Shown here piece after piece: positions 1 to 15,373 of a stretch of DNA of 64,000 nt. Position numbers and translations under genes: made by a program. The stretch covers positions 1 through 64,000 of the forward strand of contig CAXHJY010001150.1 in the NCBI GenBank assembly GCA_964016885.1, in the 5' to 3' direction. The notes under the pieces were generated by a model. The model was not told the origin of the DNA. It saw nothing but the letters and a program-made list of their open reading frames with translations, and ran no database searches. This stretch comes from Eledone cirrhosa (Eukaryota). The stretch's first letter is position 1, and each line of letters opens with the position of its first letter.

Positions 1-394
1 AGCAGGAATCTTTAAACTTCTTCCCGCCGAAGTTAACACAGAACTTATTAGATCTACCAAATCATAATATTATAAAATTAAATCAATTTATTTAGACCAA
101 CAAGTGAAATTATTCTTTTCTTTAAAAAAAAAAAAATATATATATATAGAGATATATATATAGAGTAGCGGACTGGCGAGGTTGTGAGCTTGCCTGATGG
201 CAAGTACGCCTCCGGTGGGCCCACGGTATTACCTTAGTGGCTAATACATAAAACGTGGCTTTCAAAGAAATATCAAAAGTCCTAGAGAAAGAATGAATGT
301 ATATAATTGAAAAATTCCTATTAAACTGTCAATTTAAATTTAACTTCATTAAGTGAACCTACATTAAGAAAATCGAATAACCACAACCAAGCTT

Positions 395-635
395 CTACTT
401 ACTTAAATATGGAATGTTACACGATGCCCCCTCGCCCCCCACACACACAGCCCGGGCGGACCGAATGGAGAAGGCGTTTCCCCGGAGGACGGCAAGGGAG
501 ACGCACTGGAAAAGCCACTCCAACTCACGGGGTTCACACCTGCGGTTGGCCAGCTCAACGCCTATGGTGGTGAGTAAGGAGGTAGCCCTAGGGCCGAGGA
601 CACCAGAAGTCTCCACTCCCAGGGGTAAAAATCAA
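395..635 (-). mobile_element. 3' fragment of a CRE-clade (RLE-type) non-LTR retrotransposon
   Basis: Translates FLPLGVETSGVLGP...EPRELEWLFQCVSLAVLRGNAFSI, matching the F.P..VET.G..G...(F/W)LFQR.S.A..RGNA C-terminal signature of CRE-like elements; upstream frame interrupted by stops. Confidence 0.7.
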
Positions 636-718
636 GGAAAAAGTAAATACAACAATTAATCGTACTAGAGTCGACTTTTACATATATATGTATATATATA
701 TGTATATATAAATATATG

Positions 719-750
<32 letters not shown>

Positions 751-753
<3 letters not shown>

Positions 754-905
754 TGTTATACTTGGGGAGGGTCATATTTGCGTAAGTGAATAGCACAGTA
801 CCTCTGAAATATATATAATAAAATATATTTGATCACAAGTATAACAATATCTGTTTCGACACACGATTTCATATAAAAATCCTCGCTAAACTAATTCATC
901 GCCGC

Positions 906-908
<3 letters not shown>
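751..908. mobile_element. Short fold-back element (family B-related) in (TA)n
   Basis: TATTGTTATACTTG (751-764) inverted at 837-850; segments shared with 1435-1480, 24845-25160 and 55330-55550. Confidence 0.55.
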
Positions 909-949
<41 letters not shown>

Positions 950-1402
950 TGTCTCGCTCGCCTTACGCGATATTACTTGTCCCAATAGCTTTATTTAGCT
1001 ATTGCTCGCACCAACTGGAGGTATATGATTTTTAAAGCGATGAAATACCAATGAAGGTTGGAAAATCACTGATGAAGGACTATTTTTTTCATATGTAACC
1101 CATGTGCAACCACGCAGCACTCAATTCTTCTCATGTTTATATATATATATATATTTATTTTTTTTACATATTTAATTATTTAAATATTTAACAGTTATGT
1201 ACTGATGTGTTTATGTATCTAACTTATCTATATATGTATTTATTTTATTTTTTTCTATACATTTTCCTACGTACCCTCTCAATTATATGTAATTTGTCAT
1301 GTTACTGCTTATGGTATATAAATATTGAGTTTTGTCATAACTAATCACTGCCAAGACTGGAATTAAACCATCAGCACAGTTGAGGTATGTCAGACATCAA
1401 TT

Positions 1403-1468
1403 TATTTTATCTGATGAGGACGTTCTGAGGAAACAGCACAGTACCTCTGAAATATATATAATAAAATA
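1403..1468 (+). ncRNA. Type I hammerhead ribozyme motif (family B)
   Basis: TATTTTAT-CTGATGA-stem II-GAAA-TATATA-TA-ATAAAATA; 8-bp stem I, palindromic stem III, AUA triplet; stem II imperfect. Confidence 0.7.
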
Positions 1469-1611
1469 TATTTGATCACATGAATGTCTTTATTTATTAA
1501 TATTTTGAATTAATATTAATAACTCCAGAAAACATTTTCACTGTTGAGTGCTTCTAATCTATTGTAAAACTATATTCATTGATTAATCAATGAACCTTGT
1601 TTAACTTGTGG

Positions 1612-2266
<655 letters not shown>

Positions 2267-2324
2267 AAACAAAATATACGAAACAGAAATTTCGGCTTTT
2301 GAAGCGATGAGAAAATTTAATAGA

Positions 2325-2470
2325 CGGAAAAAGAATTTGCCAACGACTGCTGTGTGGAACTGGAGCCCATATCTTCCAGCTGCTATCTTCCAGATAGCAG
2401 CTGGAAGATATTTGGAAGATATGGGTTTCAATTTCTCATAGCAGTTGTTGGCAAATTCTTTTTCCGTCTT
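2325..2470. repeat. Imperfect fold-back palindrome between (TA)n tracts
   Basis: AGACGGAAAAAGAATTTGCCAAC...CCATATCTTCCAGCTGCTATCT mirrored by AGATAGCAGCTGGAAGATAT...GTTGGCAAATTCTTTTTCCGTCT. Confidence 0.8.
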
Positions 2471-2583
2471 TTAAGGTTGTTCTCCCTATTTTATGAGCAA
2501 TCTTTATCGCATTTCTGCGTTTGGACAATTTCTTTCTACTCATATAATTGAATATATATACATACATTCATACACACACACAC

Positions 2584-2637
<54 letters not shown>

Positions 2638-2639
<2 letters not shown>

Positions 2640-2774
2640 CAGAGGAATTGTGGTAAGGAACCAAATGGACCGTAACGCACCAGAGTACTCAATACTTAGG
2701 GTAGTAGAGTGGGAAATAGGAAAAAGTATGACCCCGACGGCAGAGCTCAAGCCGTTTCGACGGCTATTTCTGGA
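2638..2774 (-). mobile_element. Family A short PLE-type element (first of about 24 copies in the window)
   Basis: About 140-bp unit. Other copies or fragments at about 3193, 4033, 5902, 6311, 15089, 15372, 19712, 24039, 26954, 28696, 28929, 29233, 30431, 31862, 32128, 39789, 42830, 43062, 44661, 45009, 45401, 47991 and 56822, nearly always abutting (TA)n. Confidence 0.9.
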
Positions 2775-2776
2775 GA

Positions 2777-2922
2777 ATGTATCGTCAGGGCAATCCACAT
2801 TAAAAATATAAATACGTGAAAACGAAACTTCATTGTTTTTCTTATGTATATACTCTGCCTATACATCGAGCGTTCATATTTGTACCAGCACCAGTAATTC
2901 ACTGAATCATATACATTATATA

Positions 2923-2925
<3 letters not shown>
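2777..2925 (+). mobile_element. Family I short element
   Basis: Near-identical copy at 4727-4877; both end in (TA)n. Confidence 0.75.
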
Positions 2926-3005
<80 letters not shown>

Positions 3006-3082
3006 TGTATGTATGTATGTATGTATGTATGTATGTATGTATGTATGTATGTATGTATGTATGTATGTATGTATGTATGTAT

Positions 3083-3118
<36 letters not shown>

Positions 3119-3119
3119 G

Positions 3120-3170
3120 GGCTTCCTGATGATTTCTCCCGAATGAAACAGTTCTAGTCCTGTAGAAGCC
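3120..3170 (+). ncRNA. Type I hammerhead ribozyme motif (family E)
   Basis: GGCTTC-CTGATGA-tTTCtcccGAAt-GAAA-CAG(ttctagtc)CTG-TA-GAAGCC; GUA triplet; second copy at 5273-5323. Confidence 0.75.
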
Positions 3171-3248
3171 ATTTCTATATTAACTACTTATACTCCAGAA
3201 ATAGCCGTCGAAACGGCTTGATCTCTGCCGTCGGGGTCATACTTTTTC

Positions 3249-3319
<71 letters not shown>

Positions 3320-3701
3320 GTGTAATTAATTCTTTTACAATGGAATTAGCTCAAAGGAAATATTCCTGGGCCGTGTATAAAAGTAATATATATGAGTAAT
3401 ATATATGATGAAACAGAAACAGATACCAACACATCTGTATTTATATTGCAATATAAATACAGATGTGTTGGTATCTGTTTCATCATATATATTACTTTTA
3501 TATATATATATATATATATTAAATGTATAAATTGAGTTAGGAACTCAAAATAGTCTCTTACAACAAAATAGCTCCAAGAAAGAGATATTTCTGAGCCGTA
3601 TACTATAATAGAATATAAAAGAAAAGAGAACACAGATATATAGATATATGTGTTCAAATCGTAAGGGACCTAATTCGCAAAGGTGAAAAGAATACTATAT
3701 A

Positions 3702-3867
<166 letters not shown>

Positions 3868-3986
3868 TTATATATATATTTATTAAAATAACAGATTAAT
3901 GTTTAAGCAAAGAATCGGTGCTTTAACCCTTAACGGCATCTTCTATATATATATATACATATGCATATAATATAATATAATTAAAT

Positions 3987-4032
<46 letters not shown>

Positions 4033-4033
<1 letters not shown>

Positions 4034-4208
4034 ACGAAGGAAATGTGGTAAGGAACCAGGTGGACCATAACGCACCAAAGTACTCAATACTTAGGGTAGT
4101 AGAGTGGGTAATAGGAACGAGTAGGACCCCGACGGCTGAGCTCAAGCCGTTTCGTCCAGAATTAGCCGTCGAAACGGCTTGAGCTCAGCCGTCGGGGTCC
4201 TACTCGTT

Positions 4209-4211
<3 letters not shown>
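4033..4211. mobile_element. Family A fold-back copy (long arm plus short inverted arm)
   Basis: TAGGAACGAGTAGGACCCCGACGGCTGAGCTCAAGCCGTTTCG mirrored by CGAAACGGCTTGAGCTCAGCCGTCGGGGTCCTACTCGTTCCTA. Confidence 0.9.
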
Positions 4212-4243
<32 letters not shown>

Positions 4244-4876
4244 TAAGTTGTTTGTAGGGGAAAATATGAAAATAACTAATATTAAAGTTAGTGTCTGACA
4301 AATGGTAGAATAAACGAAGCCGGCATGGAAAGATATTATATCGATATTTAATGAAATCCATAAAGCAGAAAAAACAATGGTTTCAAAGATAAATGTTTAG
4401 AATATGAGTTTAAAAAACTGCTAGTTTATTTTGTCAACCCGGGAAGGATGATAGGGTGACCCGACCGAAATTTGAAGTGGCGGATCTAGTAAGTGCCGTT
4501 ACGCAATGTGATGCTGAGAGGATATGGTGAGGTGATACATTTTTCAGTATTTCCGCTATTAAAAACTATGCTTATTTAGCTTAGCCATTGTATTTCGATT
4601 ATTTATTTTAAAATAATGTTCACTATATTATGTGTACTGGCGGTAGAGATATATTTTGATTTTCGTCTAGTTAGTAAAGTGATATTGTCAGATTTAGAGA
4701 AGAAGAAGAAGAAGAAGAAGAAGAAGAATGTATCGTCAGGGCAATCCACAATAAAAATATAAATACGTGAAAACGAAACTTCATTGTTTTTCTTATGTAT
4801 ATACTCTGCCTATACATCGAGAGTTCATATTTGTACCAGCACCAGTAATTTACTGAATCATATACATTATATACAC

Positions 4877-5244
<368 letters not shown>

Positions 5245-5270
5245 TACAGCTATTTATACACATATATATA

Positions 5271-5407
5271 TGGGCTTTCTGATGATTTCTCCCGAATGAA
5301 ACAGTTCTAGTCCTGTAGAAGCCATTTCTATATTAAATACTTATACTCTGATCTGTATTGAGTACCTTACTTACTGTGGTTACCGCCGATTGAACCTGGG
5401 GTAAACT
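5271..5407 (+). mobile_element. Family E element (HHR plus 3' tail)
   Basis: Related copies at about 12751, 27686, 31740, 34071, 42630, 59968 and 62608. Confidence 0.85.
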
Positions 5408-5527
5408 ATATATATATAAACTCACAAAGACATGTATATGCATGTGTGTTTATATAGGTGTGTGTGTATATTATATATCATGTTTAGATGGATATATCTA
5501 TATCTATGCAATCGATATATAAAACGC

Positions 5528-5574
<47 letters not shown>

Positions 5575-5686
5575 ATTTGTCTGCCTCTCTGTTTTGTTCC
5601 CGTATAAATTTGCACTATATATATATATATATACATAGATACATATTTATATATATATAATATATATATATATATACATAGATACA

Positions 5687-5763
<77 letters not shown>

Positions 5764-6053
5764 CCAACTTCCATTAAAAACTATAAGTCTGTCTCTACGC
5801 TCCTTTGAGATTTGTTTGTATACTTCCACCTTTGATATATATATATATATATATATAAACACACACACACACACACACGCACACACACACATATATATAT
5901 ATGAAAAGATTCAGGACCCCGATGGCTAGCTGTCGAAACAGCCGGAACTCAGCCGACGGTGTCCTGAATTTTTTAATATTACCCACTCTACTACTCTAGG
6001 TATCGAGTACTCTGGTGGGTTATGGTGCAACTGTTTTTTTTTACCACACCCTA

Positions 6054-6131
<78 letters not shown>

Positions 6132-6372
6132 CTACATAAACAGAGAAAGCTATTAGCGATACTCCGACCAATTTCCAACTCACTCAGCAAACATTAGGAA
6201 ATACCGGAGTATATTCCCAATGAAACGTTTGGGAGTGTTAACTATATTGTATTGTGTGGATAATTGGCTGTATTATTTTATATGAGATATACTAAATAAC
6301 TCATATATATAGGAAAAAAGTCAGAACCCCGACGGCAGAGCCCAAGCCGTTTCGACAGCTATTTCGGGAGGC

Positions 6373-6405
<33 letters not shown>

Positions 6406-7001
6406 TGCCCCCTCGTTATCGAGTATGGCCATTGCACGATATACCATTATTAATAATTATTAATTAATTCTATCGTGCAATGCCTGTGCGTGAAGATATT
6501 TTTTAAAGTGAGGAAAGACTGTGCACTGAGCCAATCCCACTCTCTGAGCGACAGTAGCTATAACCCGCAAAGAAGAAAAGATCAACATCATCGGTAACTA
6601 CTGACCCGCAGGTTTTATATCGGAGTTATCCCAGTTTCCTGAGTTGCCTTCTGCTAGAAGAATGCCCTGAAAAAGGCTAGGGGTCCTTCACTCCCAGCGG
6701 TTTAACCGCGTGATCGGGAGTCCAGCCCGACTATTTCTATGTCCCCACCCATATAGACACACATGCACTCATGTATATACACATATACATATACATACAT
6801 ATGTACATGTGTATATACATATTTACACACTTATGAGTTCTTCCGCCCTTTGTCAGGTTCAGCTTTTTGTCCTGCAGGGTGTCCAAAATCACCCACCTCA
6901 CCAAGTAAACTTGGTGGGGTTGCCGGTTTAGTCGCCGACGACCCGACCATGCGACAGGTTGTACAGGGTTACATGTTACCAGTAGCGCTTAAGAGTGACC
7001 C

Positions 7002-7073
<72 letters not shown>

Positions 7074-7118
7074 CATACAGATATACACAAATGTATACAG
7101 ACACACGTACATATGTAC

Positions 7119-7250
<132 letters not shown>

Positions 7251-7356
7251 GATGAAGACCCCTAAAAAATTTAGTGATAAAAGACGTTTCAATAAATTAT
7301 ACAAACGTTGAGAAAAATTGAAAATTACCTATAATGAGGTTAATAGAGGAACAGCA

Positions 7357-7484
7357 GAGTGGCTTGGTGGTGTGGTTAAGGAGTATACTTTCTAGCCATA
7401 TGATACTTGGTTTAGTCCAGCTGCGTAGCATCTTGGATTAAGTGTCTTTTACTATAGCCTCGGATTGACTTATGCCTTGTGAGT
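7357..7484 (+). mobile_element. Decayed tRNA-derived SINE of octopod type
   Basis: A-box-like TGGTGTGGTTAAG, degenerate B-box GGTTTAGTCC, then body AAGTGTCTTTTACTATAGCCTCGG...GCCTTGTGAGT recalled from abundant octopus SINEs. Confidence 0.55.
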
Positions 7485-7512
7485 AAAACTACTCGAACTC
7501 TGTTTCTGTACA

Positions 7513-8441
7513 GTATTGTACTGCATTTTACTGTATTGTACTGTATTGTACTGTATTGTACTGTATTGTACTGTATTGTACTGTATTGTACTGTATTGTA
7601 CTGCATTTTACTGTATTGTACTGTATTGTACTGTATTGTACTGTATTGTACTGTATTGTACTGCATTTTACTGTATTGTACTGTATTGTACTGTATTGTA
7701 CTGTATTGTACTGTATTGTACTGCATTTTACTGTATTGTACTGTATTGTACTGTATTGTACTGTATTGTACCGCATTTTACTGTATTGTACTGTATTGTA
7801 CTGTATTGTACCGCATTTTACTGTATTGTACCGCATTTTGCTGTATTGTACTGTATTGTACTGTATTGTACTGTATTGTACAGTATTGTACTGCATTTTA
7901 CTGTATTGTACTGCATTTTACTGTATTGTACTGCATTTTACTGTATTGTACTGCATTTTACTGTATTGTACTGCATTTTACTGTATTGTACTGCATTTTA
8001 CTGTATTGTACTGTATTGTACTGTATTGTACTGTATTGTACAGTATTGTACTGCATTTTACTGTATTGTACTGTATTGTACTGTATTGTACTGTATTGTA
8101 CAGTATTGTACTGCATTTTACTGTATTGTACTGCATTTTACTGTATTGTACTGCATTTTACTGTATTGTACCGCATTTTACTGTATTGTACTGTATTGTA
8201 CTGTATTGTACTGTATTGTACAGTATTGTACTGCATTTTACTGTATTGTACTGTATTGTACTGTATTGTACTGTATTGTACAGTATTGTACTGCATTTTA
8301 CTGTATTGTACTGCATTTTACTGTATTGTACTGCATTTTACTGTATTGTACCGCATTTTACTGTATTGTACTGTATTGTACTGTATTGTACTGTATTGTA
8401 CAGTATTGTACTGCATTTTACTGTATTGTACTGTATTGTAC
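7513..8441. repeat. 10-bp minisatellite CTGTATTGTA with CTGCATTTTA, CCGCATTTTA and CAGTATTGTA variants
   Basis: Direct reading; higher-order 60-bp and 180-bp blocks (8041-8220 resembles 8221-8400). Confidence 0.97.
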
Positions 8442-8537
8442 GTGTTTGTTCGTGTTTCTATCTCACATTCTATCGCAACACACTCTTCTCTCCCCGCTCT
8501 GACTTTACGTTTACTATTTATCTATCTATATCTATCT

Positions 8538-8575
8538 ATCTTCTTTTGTGCCCCTGTGGCTAATAAAGAAATCTA
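8538..8575 (+). mobile_element. Extreme 3'-tail remnant of the Tx1-clade LINE inside (TATC)n
   Basis: CTTTTGTGCCCCTGTGGCTAATAAAGAAA is the reverse complement of the Tx1 3' end at about 49954-49983; flanked by TATC repeats. Confidence 0.8.
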
Positions 8576-8607
8576 TCTATCTATCTATATGTATATATAG
8601 TTATATA

Positions 8608-9571
<964 letters not shown>

Positions 9572-9963
9572 TATGTAGACATACACACACACACACATAA
9601 ATATATATATAGTGAGGAAGGGGACATATTTACATTTGTGTTTGCGTTCTGTCTCGACAAAAAGATTGAAACCTATAAAAGCACAAAAAACAAAACAAAT
9701 ACTATAGAAATATATACTAGAGAATGTTAAAACTGACCTATGTTATGATGGTCGTCATTCATCCGCAATAGCGGAAGTCCACAGTCCTTTCTTATTTCAT
9801 TTCAGCTTTCATAATCTTTTGTGGTCACCTGGTCATAGTGATCTGTTACAGTCGGACATTGTCTGGATTTAAATCACTAGGCAGAGTTTGAACTTAGAAC
9901 ACAGAGTTTAGGAATAAAGAGATTATTCTTAAAGACACCTCAATGATATTGTGGCTACATTAA

Positions 9964-10276
9964 CCTTTTAGCATTTAAACCGGCTGTATCCGGCCAGAAT
10001 TCTCTCACCTCTTTCTATTTAAACCAGCCGTAACAGGCCGCTCAGACTTATGTTAAGGTATTGTCCTCAAAATAAATAATTGTTTCTACTTTAGGCACAA
10101 GGCCAGCAATTATCCAGTGCATTACTGGTACTTTATTTTATCGACCCCATAAGGATGAAAGGCAAAGTCAACCTCGGCGGGATTTGAACTCAGACCGTAA
10201 TAGATTCGATATTATGTGAAATAAAGTGTTTACCATGAAAATATAGTAAATATAAAGTAATGTCAATGCTAGAGGG
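9964..10276. mobile_element. piggyBac-type MITE with TTAA target-site duplication
   Basis: TTAA|CCTTTTAGCATT ... AATGCTAGAGGG|TTAA; empty site TACATTAAACCGGG visible in the next tandem unit (about 10377). Confidence 0.85.
10081..10200 (-). mobile_element. Nin-domain tRNA-derived SINE (5'-truncated), nested in the MITE
   Basis: Minus strand has B-box GAGTTCAAATCC followed by GCCTTTCATCCTTATGGGGTCGATAAAATAAAGTACCAG (Nin-like core). Confidence 0.75.
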
Positions 10277-10477
10277 TTAAACCGGGTGCCTGATAAAATC
10301 TACCGTCTAAGCAATTGAAACGCAATGTCTAGGAATAGAGAGATTACTCATAAAGACATCTCAATGATATGGTGGTTACATTAAACCGGGTGCCAGATAA
10401 AATCTACCGTCTAAACAATTGAAACGCAAAGTCTAGGAATAGAGAGATTACTCATAAAGTCACCTCAATGATATGGT

Positions 10478-10817
10478 GGTTGTTGTTTCACTGAGGAACT
10501 GGAATCATATGATTCCAATTCCTCAGTGAAACAACAACCCAACCAGGAACTGGGCATATCAGAGTATTGACAAAGTTAAACACCTCAACAACATGTGTAC
10601 TCGTCTTTACCACACTAATTCGGACTGCCTGAAGAGGTCACAGCCAAAGATGGCTGTCACCGAAATATATATAGCAGTAATAAACGAAGCCAAATTTTAA
10701 ACACTTGACTTATTTATTTTATTTTATTTTACATTACTCCATTACAAACCAACCTGCGCACTTCGTCGAGTGCTCCAATCTGCATACTGAGGTGTTGGTA
10801 TACAACCAACATATACT

Positions 10818-10820
<3 letters not shown>
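10478..10820 (+). mobile_element. Family D element with 5' fold-back and HHR
   Basis: Hairpin 10478-10540 centred on CATATG; second copy at 27336-27662. Confidence 0.85.
10624..10678 (+). ncRNA. Type I hammerhead ribozyme motif (family D), near-canonical
   Basis: ACTGC-CTGAAGA-GGTcACAGCCAaagaTGGCTGTcACC-GAAA-TATATA-TA-GCAGT; G10.1-C11.1 present; second copy at 27464-27518. Confidence 0.88.
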
Positions 10821-10860
<40 letters not shown>

Positions 10861-11263
10861 AATGTGTGTGTGTGTGTATGTGTATATATATATATATATA
10901 GATATATATTATAAATTCATATCTGAATGTGTGTGTATATATATATATATATATATAATAAATTCATATCTGAACAGACACTACAAGTTTTTAACCGAAG
11001 CTGCGAGAAAAGTGTAAGCACACATTTTAAAATGTATATTTAACAATGTAAACGAGTTTTATCTACGTATTTATACGTAGACTGAAAAAGAAACCATGAA
11101 TAAACAGCTTGACTAGAGTTTCGATCTATGTTAAGATCTTCAACAGAACATATTTCCCTCTAAAGTTTTCATACTTATTGCAGCGGTCCTTCGGTTTTTC
11201 TAAGCACCGTAAAAAGAACACGGAAGGTGGAGCCTCCAACTAGGCCCTTTTCAGCACCTCCTC

Positions 11264-11310
<47 letters not shown>

Positions 11311-11537
11311 TAGATTCAGTGAGAGAATCGCATTTCGGCGGGTAGAAAAGGCGAAACGAAACGCAAAAATCAGATATGATACTGGCAAGCTCTCGATAGT
11401 TAAAAAAGCTAGAGCTAAACATTATTTTAAGAGGCCATACAAAACTGAAATAGTGGTCAAGAAAGCATCAACCACCTAAGCCAAAAAGCAAATCAAGCTA
11501 AACAGGTCAAAACAAAATAAAATAAATGATAAAGAAA

Positions 11538-11576
<39 letters not shown>

Positions 11577-11598
11577 TACACACACATATATATATGCC

Positions 11599-11645
<47 letters not shown>

Positions 11646-11796
11646 ATTATGTATATATGTATATATAATTATTTCATTTACCAGTGGTTTACTCTGATGA
11701 ATGACAGTAAATTTCGTTTGCTTTCAAGAACCCACTGGTAAATGAAATAACTATCTTATGTTGTTTATTACATACATATATATATATAAATATGTC

Positions 11797-11851
<55 letters not shown>

Positions 11852-11879
11852 GGATGTGTATGATTGTGTATAGAAGATT

Positions 11880-12223
11880 ATATTAATAAGAGGAATTCCA
11901 ACTTTGTCTGATTTACTCGTTTTATTTACAATCCTTTAAAATGTATAATGGTATTATAATGAAATAGTATGATAGAATATTAAATTCTAAGTGTTAATTG
12001 AACAAGTACTTTCATGCTTTCGCAATCTTCAGGTTGAAAATTGCAAACTTGACTGTCACCACATATTATGAACCTGAAGATTGCGAAAGCATGAAAGTAC
12101 TTGTTCAATTAACACTTAGAATTTAATATTCTATCATACTATTTCATTATAATACCATTATACATTTTAAAGGATTGTAAATAAAACGAGTAAATCAGAC
12201 AAATGTTGGAATTCCTCTTATTA

Positions 12224-12226
<3 letters not shown>
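11880..12226. mobile_element. Fold-back element with about 155-bp arms
   Basis: 11880-12035 is the reverse complement of 12071-12226. Confidence 0.9.
12069..12107 (+). ncRNA. Minimal type I hammerhead ribozyme motif
   Basis: TGAAC-CTGAAGA-tTGCgaaaGCAt-GAAA-GTAC-TT-GTTCA; stem III reduced to palindrome AGTACT. Confidence 0.78.
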
Positions 12227-12254
<28 letters not shown>

Positions 12255-12470
12255 TAGTACATCTACCAACATATGCGTACAGATGTACACTAATGCTAGC
12301 AAATATATAAGTTATGTCATAGTACCTAGGTGGTTCTATGCAGGGGGATGCAGAACAATTATATGAAAGACGTAAAATAAGAAAATTTTAAAAATTAAAA
12401 ATTAACTTACTTACTAAAATTTTAGTAAGTAAGTTAATTTTTAACTTTTAAAATTTTCTTATTCTACGTC

Positions 12471-12508
<38 letters not shown>

Positions 12509-12876
12509 CAGCGGATTCTACTTGTAGTCTGCAGACAACTGCGGTTCTACAAAGTTAATCCAGGGGTGCATGAGAAAATGTATTTAAATAAACTATTTTC
12601 GGTAGTGAAAGTTTGAAAACCATTGATATATTATATATAATGCAGTCGCATGTACGTATATTATGTATATGTATATATAGCCTACATACAGCCCGCCTCC
12701 ACACACGCACACATACACACAAACACACACACACACACACATATATATATAATATAGAAATGGCTTCTACAGGACTAGAACTGTTTCATTCGCGAGAAAT
12801 CATCATATCTATCCCCTGCTAAGTATGGAGTATCTTACTTACTGTGGTTACCCCCAATTGAACCCGGGATAAACTT

Positions 12877-12924
<48 letters not shown>

Positions 12925-12925
12925 G

Positions 12926-13095
<170 letters not shown>

Positions 13096-13244
13096 GTTAA
13101 AAGAATAGAGGTGTAACACACAAGTTATTATATATTGGTAAACGGAATAGAAAATGCTGACAAATTGTTCAGTTGAAAAATGGTTTAATTAGGAATAAAA
13201 GAGTATTAGTGATTGTATGGGTTAGTATTCAGTTGTGGTTTTAA

Positions 13245-13276
<32 letters not shown>

Positions 13277-15034
13277 AAATTTCAGGTTATCAATAATGTA
13301 GTGATAATATATCGTTACGTTAGAGATGAACAGCGTACGTGCAGGTTTGCTCAACGAGTATAAATTATATTCCGGAGAAATGTAGAAAGGATGAATATAA
13401 AATGAAAGTGCTTTTGTTAAAAAAGGAATTTATTAGGTATTGACATATGTTTCTGTAACAGACCGAATACCTATGTATCGCTGCTTGCGTAATCATATAA
13501 TGTTAGCAAGTATTCGATAGCAAATGTATAATCAGTTGTCACTTCTTCAGAGATTTTGGATAAACTGGATAAAATCAGAAAAATTGAAGTATTTATATTA
13601 GTAAAAGAGGAAGGAACAGAGGGGATAGAATATGACAGATGGTAAAATAATTTACTGCTAAACAAGTATATAATGGGTTTTTAATGAGAATACCATGAGT
13701 AAATCTAAATAAGAATTTTGGGGGTGCCGATTTTAATCTCTACTTGACCAACTGGACAGTGGACAGGGCTGGTCATTTGGTGCAGTAGTATTAATCATAA
13801 AGTGTCAATTGGGGAAGGGGGAGATTTCGATTGCTACTAAATAACATCAATGCTAGTGGTCAGCTGGTATTTGCTCTAGGGAATTGAATCAAAAAATCAG
13901 AAATCTCATTTTATCTATAGCAGTTTGTATTAAAAGGTAAATAATAGAAGAGTTGATAGAATTAAGACTAATAAAGAATGTTCATATCTATTTTGACAAT
14001 CAAACGGGGATAGAGACAGGCGTTCAATCCTGGTAGTATTTATAATATGAAAATGTAGATTTTAAGCGATGGTTACAGTATAACGATCGCTCTATTCTGT
14101 TATTTAATAAAATGTTTTTGGATTTCATAATACAAAATAATTCTACATTACATAATCTACAAAATTCCTGTCCATTGGAATATGGGGGGGCAGCCGCTAT
14201 TATATCCCATTTTAGGTGAAATTGTTGGTTATTTTCACGCAGCTGCCAAGCCTTGTCTGCGAGTGTTGTTACAAAACGCTGGTTTTCATGTTTTATCGAA
14301 TAACGATGTCTATAAAGGCGTGATTTAAAGGAGGTGGCTGTAGATCCCACATAGTACCACTTCTGTCTATCCGATTCGATAGTACATTTGTATACGATGT
14401 TGCGTTCAAGACACTGGTTGTTCAACGGACACATTCCTGGTTGGACACAGTTGCAATTACAATTTTGCGTTGTTGTATTGCCATGGATGGGTTGATGAGG
14501 TTGCTTATGTAGCACAGGATGTTGTTTGTTGTTTTGTGATGTTATAGCTAATGTTTTACGTGTATTGTTATGTGTTGGAAGGCGTTTATACAACCGTTTT
14601 GCGTTAAGCATTTTTATATGTTGTTCAATATTAGGGGCGGTTGAATATGAAAGTCGGATGGTGTTAGGGTTTAAGATTTTATTATATTTATGTGATGTTG
14701 GAAAGTGTTTTCTAACTAATCGAAAGAATTTTGAGGGTAGATTGGTTTTAATAGATTTGTTTAGCAGTAAATTATTTTACCATCTGTCATATTCTATCCC
14801 CTCTGTTCCTTCCTCTTTTACTAATATAAATACTTCAATTTTTCTGATTTTATCCAGTTTATCCAAAATCTCTGAAGAAGTGACAACTGATTATACATTT
14901 GCTATCGAATACTTGCTAACATTATATGATTACGCAAGCAGCGATACATAGGTATTCGGTCTGTTACAGAAACATATGTCAATACCTAATAAATTCCTTT
15001 TTTAACAAAAGCACTTTCATTTTATATTCATCCT

Positions 15035-15036
<2 letters not shown>
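13277..15036 (-). mobile_element. 5'-truncated Penelope-like element with inverted pseudo-LTR copy
   Basis: Coding remnant 14024-14760; 14757-15036 is an inverted copy of 13385-13665; both ends abut (TA)n. Confidence 0.88.
14024..14760 (-). pseudogene. PLE ORF C-terminus: RT thumb, Cys-rich linker and GIY-YIG endonuclease
   Basis: KTNLPSKFFRLVRKHFP..KILNPNTIRLSYS; CNC..CPLNNQCL; IVYKC..YYVGST..FKSRLYRH; CRLCNVE; LLNNRIE..CNHR. Confidence 0.9.
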
Positions 15037-15084
<48 letters not shown>

Positions 15085-15289
15085 ATATAACGAAGGAGGT
15101 GTGGTAAGGAACCAGATGGACCACAACACACCAGAGTACTCAATACTTAGGGTAGTAGAGTGGGAAATAGGAAAAAGTATGACCCCGACGGCAGAGCTCA
15201 AGCCGTTTCGACGGCTATTTCTGGACTCCAGAAATAGCCGTCGAAACGGCTTGAGCTCTGCCGTCGGGGTCATACTTTTTCCTATGTAC

Positions 15290-15373
<84 letters not shown>

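Larger units (their letters stand above)
9903..10480. repeat. About 104-bp tandem repeat (about 2.5 units), first unit interrupted by the MITE
   Basis: GTCTAGGAATAGAGAGATTACTCATAAAG recurs at about 9906, 10327 and 10431. Confidence 0.8.

Noticed and set aside
6399-7003. Possible RTE-type LINE 5' fragments (also 9750-9870 and 44150-44275)
   Set aside because: Resemblance only; no translatable motif could be verified
14526-14951. Duplicated FSSKLFYHLSYS peptide (also 13471-13665) as a gene
   Set aside because: By-product of the inverted PLE pseudo-LTR; overlaps the antisense strand of the PLE ORF
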